A stretch of DNA of 64,000 nucleotides from Nemertoderma westbladi (taxonomy: Eukaryota; Animalia; Xenacoelomorpha): the NCBI GenBank assembly GCA_032718475.1, contig JAUCBJ010005613.1, positions 1 to 64,000 of the forward strand, written 5' to 3'. Made by a program: the position numbers and the translations under genes. Shown piece by piece: positions 26,701-41,700 of the stretch. Under the pieces are notes generated by a model. That model saw only the letters and a program-made list of their open reading frames with translations, did no database searches and was not told the DNA's origin. Numbering within the stretch: position 1 is the first letter of the stretch; each line of letters begins with the position of its first letter.

Positions 26701-29700
26701 ATCTATAACTTATATGGGTATCTATAACTTATATGGGTATCTATAACATAACATATATGGGTATCTATAACTTATATGGGTATTTATAACATAACTTATA
26801 TGGGTATCTATAACATAACTTATATGGGTATCTATAACATAACTTATATGGGTATCTATAACTTATATGGGTATCTATAACTTATATGGGTATCTATAAT
26901 TTATATGGTTATCTGTAATTTATATGGGTATCTATAACTTATATGGGTATCTATAACTTATATGGGTATCTATAACATAACATATATGGGTATCTATAAC
27001 TTATATGGGTATTTATAACATAACTTATATGGGTATCTATAACATAACTTATATGGGTATCTATAACATAACTTATATGGGTATCTATAACTTATATGGG
27101 TATCTATAACTTATATGGGTATCTATAATTTATATGGTTATCTGTAATTTATATGGGTATCTATAACTTATATGGGTATCTATAACTTATATGGTTATCT
27201 GTAATTTATATGGGTATCTATAACTTATATGGGTATCTATAACTTATATGGTTATCTGTAATTTATATGGGTATCTATAACTTATATGGGTATCTATAAC
27301 TTATATGGGTATCTATAACATATATGGGTATCTATAACATAACTTATATGGGTATCTATAACATAACTTATATGGGTATCTATAACATAACTTATATGGG
27401 TATCTATAACATAACTTATATGGGTATCTATAACATAACTTATATGGGAATCTATAACATAACTTATATGGGTATCTATAACATAACTTATATGGGTATC
27501 TATAACATAACTTATATGGGTATCTAACTTCAGGGTATCTATAACATAAATTATATGGGTATCTATAACATAACTTATATGGGTATCTATAACTTATATG
27601 GGCATCTATAACATAACATATATGGGTATCTATAACTTATATGGGTATTTATAACATAACTTATATGGGTATCTATAACATAACTTATATGGGTATCTAT
27701 AACATAACTTATATGGGTATCTATAACTTATATGGGTATCTATAACTTATATGGGTATCTATAATTTATATGGTTATCTGTAATTTATATGGGTATCTAT
27801 AACTTATATGGGTATCTATAACTTATATGGGTATCTATAACTTATATGGTTATCTGTAATTTATATGGGTATCTATAACTTATATGGGTATCTATAACTT
27901 ATATGGGTATCTATAACATAACATATATGGGTATCTATAACTTATATGGGTATTTATAACATAACTTATATGGGTATCTATAACATAACTTATATGGGTA
28001 TCTATAACATAACTTATATGGGTATCTATAACTTATATGGGTATCTATAACTTATATGGGTATCTATAATTTATATGGTTATCTGTAATTTATATGGGTA
28101 TCTATAACTTATATGGGTATCTATAACTTATATGGGTATCTATAACATAACATATATGGGTATCTATAACTTATATGGGTATTTATAACATAACTTATAT
28201 GGGTATCTATAACATAACTTATATGGGTATCTATAACATAACTTATATGGGTATCTATAACTTATATGGGTATCTATAACTTATATGGGTATCTATAATT
28301 TATATGGTTATCTGTAATTTATATGGGTATCTATAACTTATATGGGTATCTATAACTTATATGGGTATCTATAACTTATATGGTTATCTGTAATTTATAT
28401 GGGTATCTATAACTTATATGGGTATCTATAACTTATATGGTTATCTGTAATTTATATGGGTATCTATAACTTATATGGGTATCTATAACTTATATGGGTA
28501 TCTATAACATAACATATATTGGTATCTATAACTTATATGGGTATTTATAACATAACTTATATGGGTATCTATAACATAACTTATATGGGTATCTATAACA
28601 TAACTTATATGGGTATCTATAACTTATATGGGTATCTATAACTTATATGGGTATCTATAATTTATATGGTTATCTGTAATTTATATGGGTATCTATAACT
28701 TATATGGGTATCTATAACTTATATGGGTATCTATAACATAACATATATGGGTATCTATAACTTATATGGGTATTTATAACATAACTTATATGGGTATCTA
28801 TAACATAACTTATATGGGTATCTATAACATAACTTATATGGGTATCTATAACTTATATGGGTATCTATAACTTATATGGGTATCTATAATTTATATGGTT
28901 ATCTGTAATTTATATGGGTATCTATAACTTATATGGGTATCTATAACTTATATGGTTATCTGTAATTTATATGGGTATCTATAACTTATATGGGTATCTA
29001 TAACTTATATGGTTATCTGTAATTTATATGGGTATCTATAACTTATATGGGTATCTATAACTTATATGGGTATCTATAACTTATATGGGTATCTATAACT
29101 TATATGGTTATCTGTAATTTATATGGGTATCTATAACTTATATGGGTATCTATAACTTATATGGGTATCTATAATTAATATGGGTATCTATAACTTATAT
29201 GGGTATCTATAACTTATATGGGTATCTATAATTTATATGGTTATCAGTAATTTATATGGGTATCTATAACTTATATGGGTATCTATAACTTATATGGGTA
29301 TCTATAACTTATATGGGTATCTATAATTTATATGGGTATCTATAACTATAACTTATATGGGTATCTATAACTTATATGGGTATCTATAACTTATATGGGT
29401 ATCTATAACTTATATGGGTATCTATAATTTATATGGGTATCTATAACTTATATGGGTATCTATAACATAACTTATATGGTTATCTATAACTTATATGGGT
29501 ATCTATAACTTATATGGGTATCTATAATTTATATGGGTATCTATAACTTATATGGGTATCTATAATTTATATGGGTATCTATAACTTATATGGGTATCTA
29601 TAACTTATATGGGTATCTATAACTTATATGGGTATCTATAACTTATATGGGTATCTATAACTTATATGGGTATCTATAACTTATATGGGTATCTATAACT

Positions 29701-32700
29701 TATATGGGTATCTATAACTTATATGGGTATCTATAATTTATATGGGTATCTATAATTTATATGGGTATCTATAACTTATATGGGTATCTATAACTTATAT
29801 GGGTATCTATAACTTATATGGGTATCTATAACTTATATGGGTATCTATAACTTATATGGGTATCTATAACTTGATTTGGAAAATATGAATTGTGAAATAA
29901 TTGAATCACAACAAAAACATATCTTTAGGATCCAAGATTAGACATAGACAGACAAGATCTACAAGGGTCAGCTGTGTGATAGGAAAAAGGTTATTTAGAC
30001 ATTTAAGGTACAGTAATCAATTCTTTATCACATGCCATATAGGTTACAAAAACCTGCCACTAGTTCTACAAAAGGGGTCAAAATTGCACATACTACCCAC
30101 ATGGACATATGTGCAGCATAATTATGGAGGTTTGCGATGGAGGATGGATGTTATTTATCTTACCTTCTACCTCTTAGCAGTAACAGGATAGGATGCTTAC
30201 CTTTCCAGTGGCACATTTCATGTAGTTCCCGCTGGTGAGTGGATATTTGGCCGCGTGGACTTTTATCATTGAGAAGTTACACTTTCCGAATGCACTATTA
30301 AAGCCGTACTTGTAGAGGGGTCTATATGCATTGCCATTCTTGTATTCGATTAATTTATATCCCTCACAATATAACAAGCCACAATTGAGTTCACCATTTG
30401 ACCTGGATATAGAATGTTAGTCATAGAAACAATAACTTTTATTATTGCAATGCTTTGTTTACAATACACTACTTACTTAGTAAACTTAGTAAACAATAAA
30501 TAGTATGTTTATAAAATCAATTATTACTCATATATTAGTCATTAACATTAAGATTAAGTTTATTAATGCAATTTAGATAGGCAGAGGGGTGGGGTTAGCT
30601 TTGGATCACACTATAAACTCAGGTAAGGGCTAATATTAGTTAAAATTTTGCAGTGTGCAGTGTTTTTTATAGGATATACTATACATAGACTGATGTTATG
30701 TTGTGATACTGCTGTACTGTGTACTGCTGAATTGCTGACAGCTTGTATGGTCAATTAGATTATTATGGGCAAATGCAATACGTGTGGGGCAATAGAAACG
30801 CGTTTACAACGTGGTGGATTATGTAAAAATTGTGCAACATCCACAAATAGAACTGGAACAGAAAGCAGTTCCGCGAATAATAACGGAACCCAACAAAGCT
30901 GTCACCCGGGTGCCGATATCGATACAGCACAATTGTTAATGGACAATGAGACGGATCGTTCCATACCAGCAGGATTTAACTGGACACAACAAGGTGCGTC
31001 TGTGGGCGGTAACGGGATCAGTTGCGGTCAGGCAAACCCCTGGGGATGGGGGCCAGTACAGTCACTATTATTACAACCACATCAATACCAACCAATGATG
31101 ACCCAACAACCCAGTCTGTCTGGCCAACAACCGATTCAACTCCAAGGCCAACCACAACCAGATTGGGTACAGGCACTCCTGGACGGTCAAAATCGCGTGG
31201 AGAATAAGTTAGATAACATAAATCAACGCCTAGACCAACACGACACAAAGATTAATAAACTGGAGAAAGAAAACATGGATCTGCGAACAGAATTACACCG
31301 CGTTCGCAATGTAGTAGGGGATCACCAACGTTTCTTCCAGAGGATAGACTCTCGAGAAAGGAGCTGCAACGCAATCATTCGGGGGCTAGAAGAAGATGAT
31401 GTCAGCGATAACGAAAAGATAAAGAAGATTCTTCATGTCGCAGTCGTTAATGAAGAACCAACCGAGATGTTTCGATTAGGAAAAGAAGACGACGCTAAAC
31501 GAGTGGGCCCGCGTGGTGTACTACTAAAGATGAACTCACGAGCGAAAAGAAAATTCAGGAATTACCTGAACTATCAAAAGTTTTTATCAAAAAGGACGCA
31601 CCTCCACATATTCGTCGGGAGAGGAAACGGTTGTTTGATGCCTGCGAAGCAGAGAAAGCAAAACCCCAGAATGTCGGTGTGAAAATCTATATAGATTTTA
31701 AGAAATGGAAGTTATATAGAGGTGAGGAAGTTATTGATGAATTCCATCACAACAGTTCGGGTTTTTGATAGGAGACCAGATCAACAGTATTAGCACTAAT
31801 TTTACACTACGTATTTTATCGTGGAACATAAATGGTATTAATTATAAATTAAATAATAATATTGTTAAACAATTTTTAAGTTTATAATTTTTATCAACGA
31901 GGTTAAAACTATTGTCAAATCGGTACCGGGGTGGGATATAATTCCTTCAGCGAACGCTTTGCATGAAGCTCACCGAGGGGGAGTTTTAGTATTATTAAAA
32001 CCATGGATATCGAGATATATTATCCGTAGAGATGAAATAATTGACCAGGTGTGGATTAGTTTAAAATTCGCTCCTGATATTCTAATCGGAGGTTGCTATA
32101 TTCCGCCGAGCGATTCTAAATACTTTAACGAGTCCTGTTTTGGTGAGATACAGTGGCGGGCAATTGAAGATTCAGCTAAAGTAATTGTAATTGGTGATTT
32201 AAATTCCAGAATAGGAAACATCCCGGACACAAAGGTTAACAGTAATGGTGGAATGCTAAAACAACTAATTTCAGATTGCGATATGACAATTCTAAACCAC
32301 TGGGATAGTGGGGACAAGCAATTTGGAGGGGGTTTATCCTTCAGGAGAGGGAATAGGTGGGTGAGTGAGCTCGACTATGGTATCATTTCAAACTCAATTA
32401 TTTCATATGTGACAGAGTTCGAAACGATCCAGCGTTTGGATTTCCCTTCGAACCATGCGCCGATCTCGCTGACATTGTGTATTCCTTACCGAGAGCCATT
32501 GGATAATCTTGAGAAAGTAGCCAATGAATTGGGACAACCGAATATACAATACAGATACCATCCAACCTATAGAAGAAGAATCCAATCTAGTAAAATAGAT
32601 AAAAATCAAGTACAGGATCTATTACAATCGAATATTCTAAACATTGACATTAACAACAACAGTATCGATTCAGCTTGTTCTAAAATAACGGATAAGCTAT

Positions 32701-35700
32701 ACAGCACCACCGAAACATCTATGGTGAGGAACGGAAACAATACCTTGCAGGGGAGTGACAATGTTCATGGGAGATGGAGCAGGTTAGCACAGAGGGGAGA
32801 CTATCAATCTCTATGGGCCGCTATAGACTGGAAAGGAATGTTGAAACCTGACACAATATCATCCGAGACAGATGTTGATGCACAGCCAGATGCAAACGAA
32901 ATGAAGAATCACTTTGAGACACTTTTATATAATAATAATTTAATTGACGGTGGTAGAATACATCCAATAAACAATAATATAAATAGCATTACAGTCCCAA
33001 TACTAGATGATCCCATAACATTAAGGGAAGTATCAGAAGCGATCAATAAAGATCATGCGCTAAAGTTGGACAAGGCCGGGGGGCCAGATGGAATTCCACC
33101 TTTAGTTTATAAGATGATGCCATTATCGTGGTTAATCACTCTAGTATGGTTCTTTAACTGGATCTTCAATAGTGGTGTATACCCGGTCGCATGGGCTATA
33201 TCGAGATTAGTTATACTATTTAAACGGGGCGACCCACGCAAATGTGGTAATTACCGCGGCATAAGCGTGGCTGATACCTTTCAGAAGATATATGACTCGA
33301 TATTGGCCGCACGATTATTCCGATGGTTTAAACCAGAAAGTGAGCAAGCAGGGGGACAACCAGGAAGAGGATGTCTCGAGCAAATATTATCGCTAAGATT
33401 GTTAATAGACTCTACAAAGAAGAGCAAAGGAAAGCTATATCTGTTCTTTGTGGATCTAGAGAAGGCCTATGACACTATAAATCGACAGAAATTGATAGAT
33501 ATGTTAATCGAATGTGGATGCGGCAAGGCAATGTGCAGAGCGATAATTGCTATGTATAGATCTACTGTTTACGTATATAATAACTCTACCAAAATTATCA
33601 GCAACATAGGTTTGAAACAAGGACAACCAAGTTCGATATTTCTGTTTTTGTTTTACTTTGATAGATTTGTAAAGTGGCTGAAAAGATGCAAACCAGTCTC
33701 AAACCTTCTGCGAAATTTACATTGTCTGTTATTGATGGACGATTGTGGAATAATGGCCACGTCTAGGAAAGAACTAATACAGAAGGTAGTGATATTGATA
33801 GAATTTTGCAATGAATATGGGTTGAAAATAAATTTAGCCAAGACGAAATTTCTCGTTGTTAACGGGAATTCGGATGATAAACAACCTTTAACCGTTGCCA
33901 ATCGTACATTTAAATACACATCTGCATACACATATCTGGGAACTGTGTTTACAGATGAAGGAACTCTAAAGAATGACATTCAAGAGCATCTCAAATCTAA
34001 ACAAATTCATGTATTGAAGTTTGCAATGTTTTTAAAAAAATAATGAGTCAGCTCCATTTTGGGTTAAGAAAATGGTGTTTGAAGCGGCTGCAGCCGCTGC
34101 AGTTTTCTACGGTTGTGAGGCATGGATCGGTAAATTTACACAAGCCGAGAGCGTTTATAATTACATGGTAAAACGGCTGTTGTGTGTGAGAACTTCAACA
34201 TGTAACGACACAGTATATATTGAATCCGGGATTCCAACCGCGGCAGCCTATATTCGATGCAGACAATTACATTTCATTAAATCAATATTAAAACGCCCAC
34301 ATCGTACAGATCCAGTTCACATATGTATGGATATCGCAAAGGATATCGGCGCGAGTGGTTCAAAATACATAACGGAACTCCTGAAAAATTCTAACAATAT
34401 AAAACGAGATAATACAGAGATGTTACGTAAAAGGATTATGGATAGTAGCAGCAGTAAACGGGTTACATACAAGCAACTGAACACGACATTACAAACACAT
34501 GATATTTATACCACTCGATCGTCGAAAATCCCGGAGCATATGCGAATCGCATGGTCGCGTTTTCGCTTGTCGTCTCATAACTTACGAATAGAAAGAGATC
34601 GTTGGACACGACTACCTAGAGAACAAAGGGTCTGTAGTTGCGATGGGCTGTCGGTGCAGGACGAAGAGCATATACTAAGTAGCTGCGAGCATACAAAGGA
34701 AATTATAGGCTTCTACAATGTTTCATCTATGTTAGACTTTAACGGCCTACCGAGTTACGAAGCCGCAGAGCTGGCTTATAAGATCAGCAAAGTGTTCCCG
34801 TAATAGTTATATATAGTCTATAACCAACGACTGACAGTATTTAATGTACGACAGTGGTTTATTGACTTGCAGTACTTAATTAACCGTAATTACATAACAT
34901 TGTATGTATATTAACTATTTAATTATCTGACCATATTTAATACTTCAGAATTTGACTTTATAGTGGCAATTTATTAGTAACCAAATACCTTATATTTGTT
35001 TGACATAATGGTTAACCGTAATTACATAATATTGTATATTGAATGTTGATTATTTGACCATATATTAATACAACCTAATTTGGCTTTATATTGACTATTT
35101 ATTAGTGACCGAATGACCGATATTTTGTTTATATTAACCTTATATTTATTTGACATACTGTTTATAACAATTAGGACTTACCCAGTGTTTATTTGACCAT
35201 ATATAATTTACTTACTTATTGATCAATTGTATTTATGTAGACCTATTAATAATATAATAATGTAGTGCTGACGGTAATGTTGATCTGGTCTATAATAATA
35301 ATAATAATAATACAGTAGGTGATGCAATTATTATGTTGGCCAAGTATATTTTTTTAGCATAGGTAATATCCCATTTACTTTACAGCTTAACAGTGTTAAT
35401 TGACAATGAAATATTATATTCTTTCGGAATATTTTAATATTAATATTTGAACTCAGTTTTACCGTTTAAAAATTGTCTGACAAAAAAGCATATTAATTGA
35501 AGAAGAAGCTTCACTAACCAATAATTACAAGTTATATTTATTTATTTGTCAAGCACGTTAAGTAAAAAACCCTACCGGTAGGTGTGTTAGTACCAAAGTA
35601 TGTAAGAAACTAAAAAGCAACAAGACCTAGACGTTGCAAGCAATCAGTGATCAGCTGACGGGAGCTAGCTGATCGGTAGGTTTCGTCCCGCAGTTGAAGG

Positions 35701-38700
35701 CATTCTCAGGAGGCCAAGCCAGGAAATGTAGAGATAAATTGGAAATCGGTCAGCTTTCTGCCGTTAGTTGATCACTGATTTCATAAAACGTCTAGGTCTT
35801 GTTGCTTTTTAGTTTTTTTTTTTACATACTTTGGTACTAACATACCTACTGGTAAGGTTTTTCATTTAACGTGCTTGACAATAAATTAATATAATTTGTA
35901 ACAAGCATATTAGTTAGTTAGTATTGCAATATCCCTCCCTGCCTTGTTTAATTTATTATTTTCAGAAGATAAATAATATTTCAATTTCTTCATAAGCGAA
36001 CGGGAATCATCTTCTTGTAATATGTAATATATACATAGGTGATTAATTAATTTTTATAATAAGAAAAGTCAAAAGAAAATCTTATTTCTATATTTTTCTT
36101 TTACCAAATATGTCAATTAATTTCTTAATATTAGAACTCTATTGGCGTATTCGTGTTTTATTTAAACTATTCTTTTATTAACTATTCTTTCCCGAGGTTG
36201 ATCGTAGGTATGTTTTGAATCGTTGCGGGCACTGAATGATCTCTCAGGTAAATAATGACGTTGTTGGAATACAACCAGCTAGTCAACCTGAGCAACCTGA
36301 GCGAGGACTCTCTATTCTTCGCCAGCCGCACCTGCAGTCGAATCTGATCGTACCTGCAGCTAGTTTATGGTCGTAAAAACCACGATTGCTTATATCATTG
36401 TGTTCTACTTCGTACCTGAGACTCCTGTGGAGGATATTATATATGCTGTAAATAATGCTCTAACATTCACTCTTCCAGACCTTCCTATAATAATAGGAGG
36501 ATAATTCAACTGTCGTATTGACCAGGGCCCCAGAGGACTAGATCTAACCGACAGTTTAAACTCTCGCGGTTTTATACTAGAAAACGAGACAGCGGTTAGT
36601 ACCTATATATCACCACAATGCGAAAGTTCAATCGGCCTCCTATTTATCAAGCTACCAACTCCACTGACATCAGCTACAACTTCTGTAAATGTCTCTCTAA
36701 ACCTAGAAAACATCAAAGATTGCTCTCTATATGGAACTAAAGCCCACTACGTCAGACGCGAAAAGTGGAAATGTACCTCGCCGATTGAATATAACACTAT
36801 ACCTCTAAGATTCACAACCACTTCCCATCCTCAATGATAAACTCGCTCATTTTAAATGGTGAGATTGACTCTGCTACCGATGATCTAACTGGAGCGATTT
36901 CCTCATTAGCGGAACTGACTAGTCACTTGAGTGCGCCCCACAAAAAGCCCTGGTTTGACAATGCATATAGAGAAGACAAAACGCAGTTACTCGACTTAAT
37001 GGAACAGCGCTCGTCTTCCACCGCACACTCCGAGCCCTTTGGGAACGCCCGCAAACAATTCAAGACGCCCATAGAGACCAAAAGGGAACAATTTGAGGAG
37101 TCCCAACTGATCGATAAACTAAAACAGACAGAAATCACACCATGGTCCCTCCTTAACAAAGATTATAAACGTAATGTATCTTCTCCAATCTCTGTCGAAT
37201 GCTTAGAAAATCATTTTCAGGCGTTACTTGGCCAGGCTGATAATCTCGACGGAATAACAGAAAAACAGGAACCCTGCTTAAGTGAGATCCAAAATAATGA
37301 ATGGGGTACAACGCTCCCATAACTGAGAATGAGGTTGAAGACGCCGTCAACTCGTCTTCTAATAAAAAGGCCTCTGGTCCAGACGGAATTTATTACGAGC
37401 ACATAAAAGCTGCCCTCCCAGTAATTCTTACCACCATTGTAGCTCTTTACAATGCTTGTTTAAATCTCGGTACTATTCCTCTCGGCTAGTCGATTAGAAT
37501 TATCATAACTATCTATAGAGGTAAAGGAGAAATATCAAGCCCCGACAATTACAGAGGTATCGCACTGATCAGTGTGTTTCTCAAGACCCTTACCTCCATC
37601 ATTAATAGAAGAGTCCGATCATGACCTACTAAATATACGACCATGAAAGCTGCATTCTACCTACTAAATTTAGTAGGCACACGTATTTAAAATAATTTTT
37701 CATATATTTGAAGGATTTTATAATAAAAGTCTTCTAGAACATTTTTTTATGATTCATTTCAATAGTAAGTATTATAATTTTGAAACAACTTATTTTAATA
37801 GCTATTTTTATATATTATTGGTAAATGCCAGTTCCACTTCGTTAGTGCTTATACCTACGCCATCTCCTGGCATATTGTGTCTTAATTCAGTGACTTGGCC
37901 ACCAATTATTATTCTTCAAATCTTAATGAGATTTCATGAAATTTGAAATATATATTGTTTTGCCTCCCTCATCCGTACTGGGTGCGTCATAATATTTATT
38001 TTCGCTTTCATTCCTTAACTACAAGCGTTTGAAAAGTAATTAAATAGCCTCGAGACGATGCTAAAACTTGCCACTTCCGAATGCTAATATTCCACTCAAT
38101 TGCATTAAGATTCAGAAGGGGGTGGGGTTGCACTGAATTAAGACATAAAAATATCTTGTATTTTTGATATTATTTCTTGTTGTTTATGCTAGCTAGTGTT
38201 TTTTCCAAGTATCTATTGTAAATGAAATTAGCTACTGTAAATTGAGATTTTTGGTCAACAAATCGAGCATTGATTAAAGAAAATATCGACGTTGATGAAA
38301 TTTTATCAAGTAAACCAGAAAATGATTACGAATCAATTTGCATTGTTGCTGAAAGTCGAAATGAGATTGTTTTGGGTTTTCTTACCCACAAAATTATCAA
38401 CAGAAAAGGTAGGAAAGGGTGCCAAAACTGTGCGTAAGTTTTACAAAATGAAACTGTTACCAACTCACTTTACCACAGTTTGCTTGACATTGGAAGAGAA
38501 GGAAGACTCACAAGACAGTTATGCGCATTTGTTGAAGAATCGTTTAAAATTTTAATAACCATTGAGGATTTGCTTGTGAAAACCATTGAGTTCCGCAGCA
38601 ACTTCGACTCTAACCAAACTATGTGATAATTATCCCTACGTAAATTATCTGCCCTTCCCATACCGAACTAATTACAATAATTATTTTTCGCTCTCTCGTA

Positions 38701-41700
38701 ATCATATTTGCCAACAATCGATCCAAACCCTACTCCCAGACAGTGAGAGAATCTTCTGTAAAAGAATTCAAACTGCGTCAGCGTCATGTAAATAATAGCT
38801 AAATTATAGAACTGTAGTTTACCGGTACTCATCATTATTGAAAACATTATAAACAATAAACATTCCATAAGATTAACCAATTATCAACTATTTATTTGCT
38901 TTTGTCCTTCTTCATTAATTTGCTAGTAAAAACACAATGTTTAAAAAAACACTGGCTTCCAAAAAAAATTTAAAATAATATAATGACGTAATGAATATAA
39001 CGACCAAAAATCTCAATTTAGCTAATTTAATTTACAATAGATACCGGTACTTAATTGTTAAACAATCTACTGTAGAACACTAACAAAAAAAATAATGTAA
39101 TAAAAACTGTGTCCTAATAGCAGATAGTAATTAAATAAACTAAATAAAACACTTTTCAAACGCTTGTAGTTAAGGATTGAAAGCGAAAATAAATATTCTG
39201 ACGCGTCAAGATTTGTAGAATAATAATTGGTGGCCAAGTCACTGAATTAAGACATAATTTTCCAGGAGATGGTGTAGGTATAAGCACCAACGAAGTGGAA
39301 CTGTCATTTACCAAGAATATATAAAAATAGCTATTAAAATAAGTTGTTTCAAAATTATAATACTTACTATTGAAATGAATCATAAAAAAATGTTCTAGAA
39401 GACTTTTATTATAAAATCCTTCAAATATATGAAAAATGAATTTAAGGACGTGTGCCTACTAAATTTAGTAGGTAGAATGAAGCTTTCATGGTCGTATATA
39501 TAGTAGCTCATGGTCCGATATAATAGGGTCAAACTTTTCCCACGGAACAATACGGTTTCCAGGAAGGTCGGTCAACGATTCAAGCGATTCGTAAACTGCT
39601 CGCAGCCTTATCCACAGTACTCTATGGAGGACCCGACGATCAGCGGTGCCTTTATGCATAGTTTACCGACTTCAGGAAGGCCTTCGACCTTGTGAACCGG
39701 TCTATCTTATTATTTCGAATCTACAAAGAATTTGGCATTAAAGGAAAACTTTTCAAACTAACAAAAAGTCTTCTAAGAAATTCCGTTAAAATATTTGATG
39801 GGGTAACTGATAATTCAACTTCACGGAATTCTCCAGGGGGACTTCTCCACATGTTTCTCCCCAACCTGCATCATCCTGTTTATTGCAGATCTCGGAAACT
39901 TTCTAAGAAATATTTCTTCAACCCTCAAATTCATTTTCTTTGTGGACGATTTGGTGCTATATTCATCAAACAGTGTCGATCTACAAAGGGCTCTCGATGT
40001 TATAAATATTTGGTGCCTAAACAATGGTATGAACTCAACATGAAGAAGACCAAAATTATCAAGTTCCGAAAAGGCGGCCAGTTGGCTATGTGTGATCAAT
40101 TCACATATGAGGGAGAAAGTGTAAAGATTTGTAATAGTTACGAGAATCTTGGAATCTTCCTTCAGACTTATCTTTGCTTCTCTAAGCAAATTGATGAAAG
40201 GAAAAAAAACATGCATCGGTGTCATAGGGTGTTTAAACAACTTGCAACTTGTTTCTACATCATCTGAGTTAAATATTTTCATTATGAAGATCAAAACTAC
40301 TATGCTCATACAGAAATTCAAATTTTTTATTTACATTGCACAATCTCAAAGAAATTGATAAAATTAAATCCGCTTTCTTAAAACGATTACTGGGACTCCA
40401 CATATCTTCCTCGGCTACTCTCTGGCACATAAACTGGTTGGCTGCCGTACTTTTGTTGACGAACTTGCTGCTGAATCTCCGGAAATATTCAATAGGGAAA
40501 CCCTGGCTAACTACCGCGCTTTTCGTGAAATGCGCGAAACTAACTTCACAATCCAAGGTTACTCCGATGGACCTGCTTTCACATCGACTTCATGGCAAGA
40601 ACCTATGCAGAAAACTCGCCATTTAGCTACAAGGTCTAGGACCCAGGGGTTCCAATGGAAATTGTGCAAGACTCTAGGAACTTTCCACGAGCCGACTTCC
40701 GAATGCGTCTGCAAATTCTCCAACACCTCAGCAAGCGACAGCTACCATTGCCTCAAATGTAACTCGGGCCCCCACTCTCAGCGCTCTCCATTTTAACATA
40801 TGGGAAACTTTATACCTTTACTTTATACTGAAACTTTTAACTTTTACTCATACAGAGTGTAAATCAAATCAAATAAAATAATAATTATACTGATTTGGAT
40901 TTTGGGGCAGTAAACATTACAAAATGCTTAAATTCGAACCATTTGAAATCACTATTTATAAATTTCACTAACATATTTAGAAAAAAAAACCCTGCAGGAC
41001 ATTAAGCCCAAAATAGTACTATAAGTTTGAAATTTAGAATACCAAATTCCTCTAATTTTTATCTATAAGTTTGAAATTTAGAATTCCAACCTCCTCTAAT
41101 TTTTATCTATAAGTTTGAAATTTAGAATAACAACCTCCTCTAATTTTTATCTATATGTTTGAAATTAGAATACCAAATTCCTCTAATTTTTATCTATAAG
41201 TTTGAATAACCTCCAACCTCCTCTAATTTTTATCTATAAGTTTGAAATTTAGAATACCAACCTCCTCTAATTTTTATCTATAAGTTTGAAATTTAGAATA
41301 ACAACCTCCTCTAATTTTTATCTGTAAGTTTGAAATTTAGAATACCAAATTCCTCTAATTTTTATCTATAAGTTTGAAATTTAGAATACCAACCTCCTCT
41401 AATTTTTATCTATAAGTTTGAAATTTAGAATACCAAATTCCTCTAATTTTTATCTATAAGTTTGAAATTTAGAATACCAATCTCCTCTAATTTTTATCTA
41501 TAAGTTTGAAATTTAGAATAACAACCTCCTCTAATTTTTATCTGTAAGTTTGAAATTTAGAATACCAAATTCCTCTAATTTTTATCTATAAGTTTGAAAT
41601 TTAGAATACCAACTTACTTGTCACATCTTTTATATGATGAGGATGTCGCTAGACCACAATTGCCATAAGATTTCCCCACCTGGTTATAATAATAACATCT

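Noticed and set aside
22526-27527. (MGIYNITY)n ORFs
   Set aside because: Translations of 24-bp satellite runs
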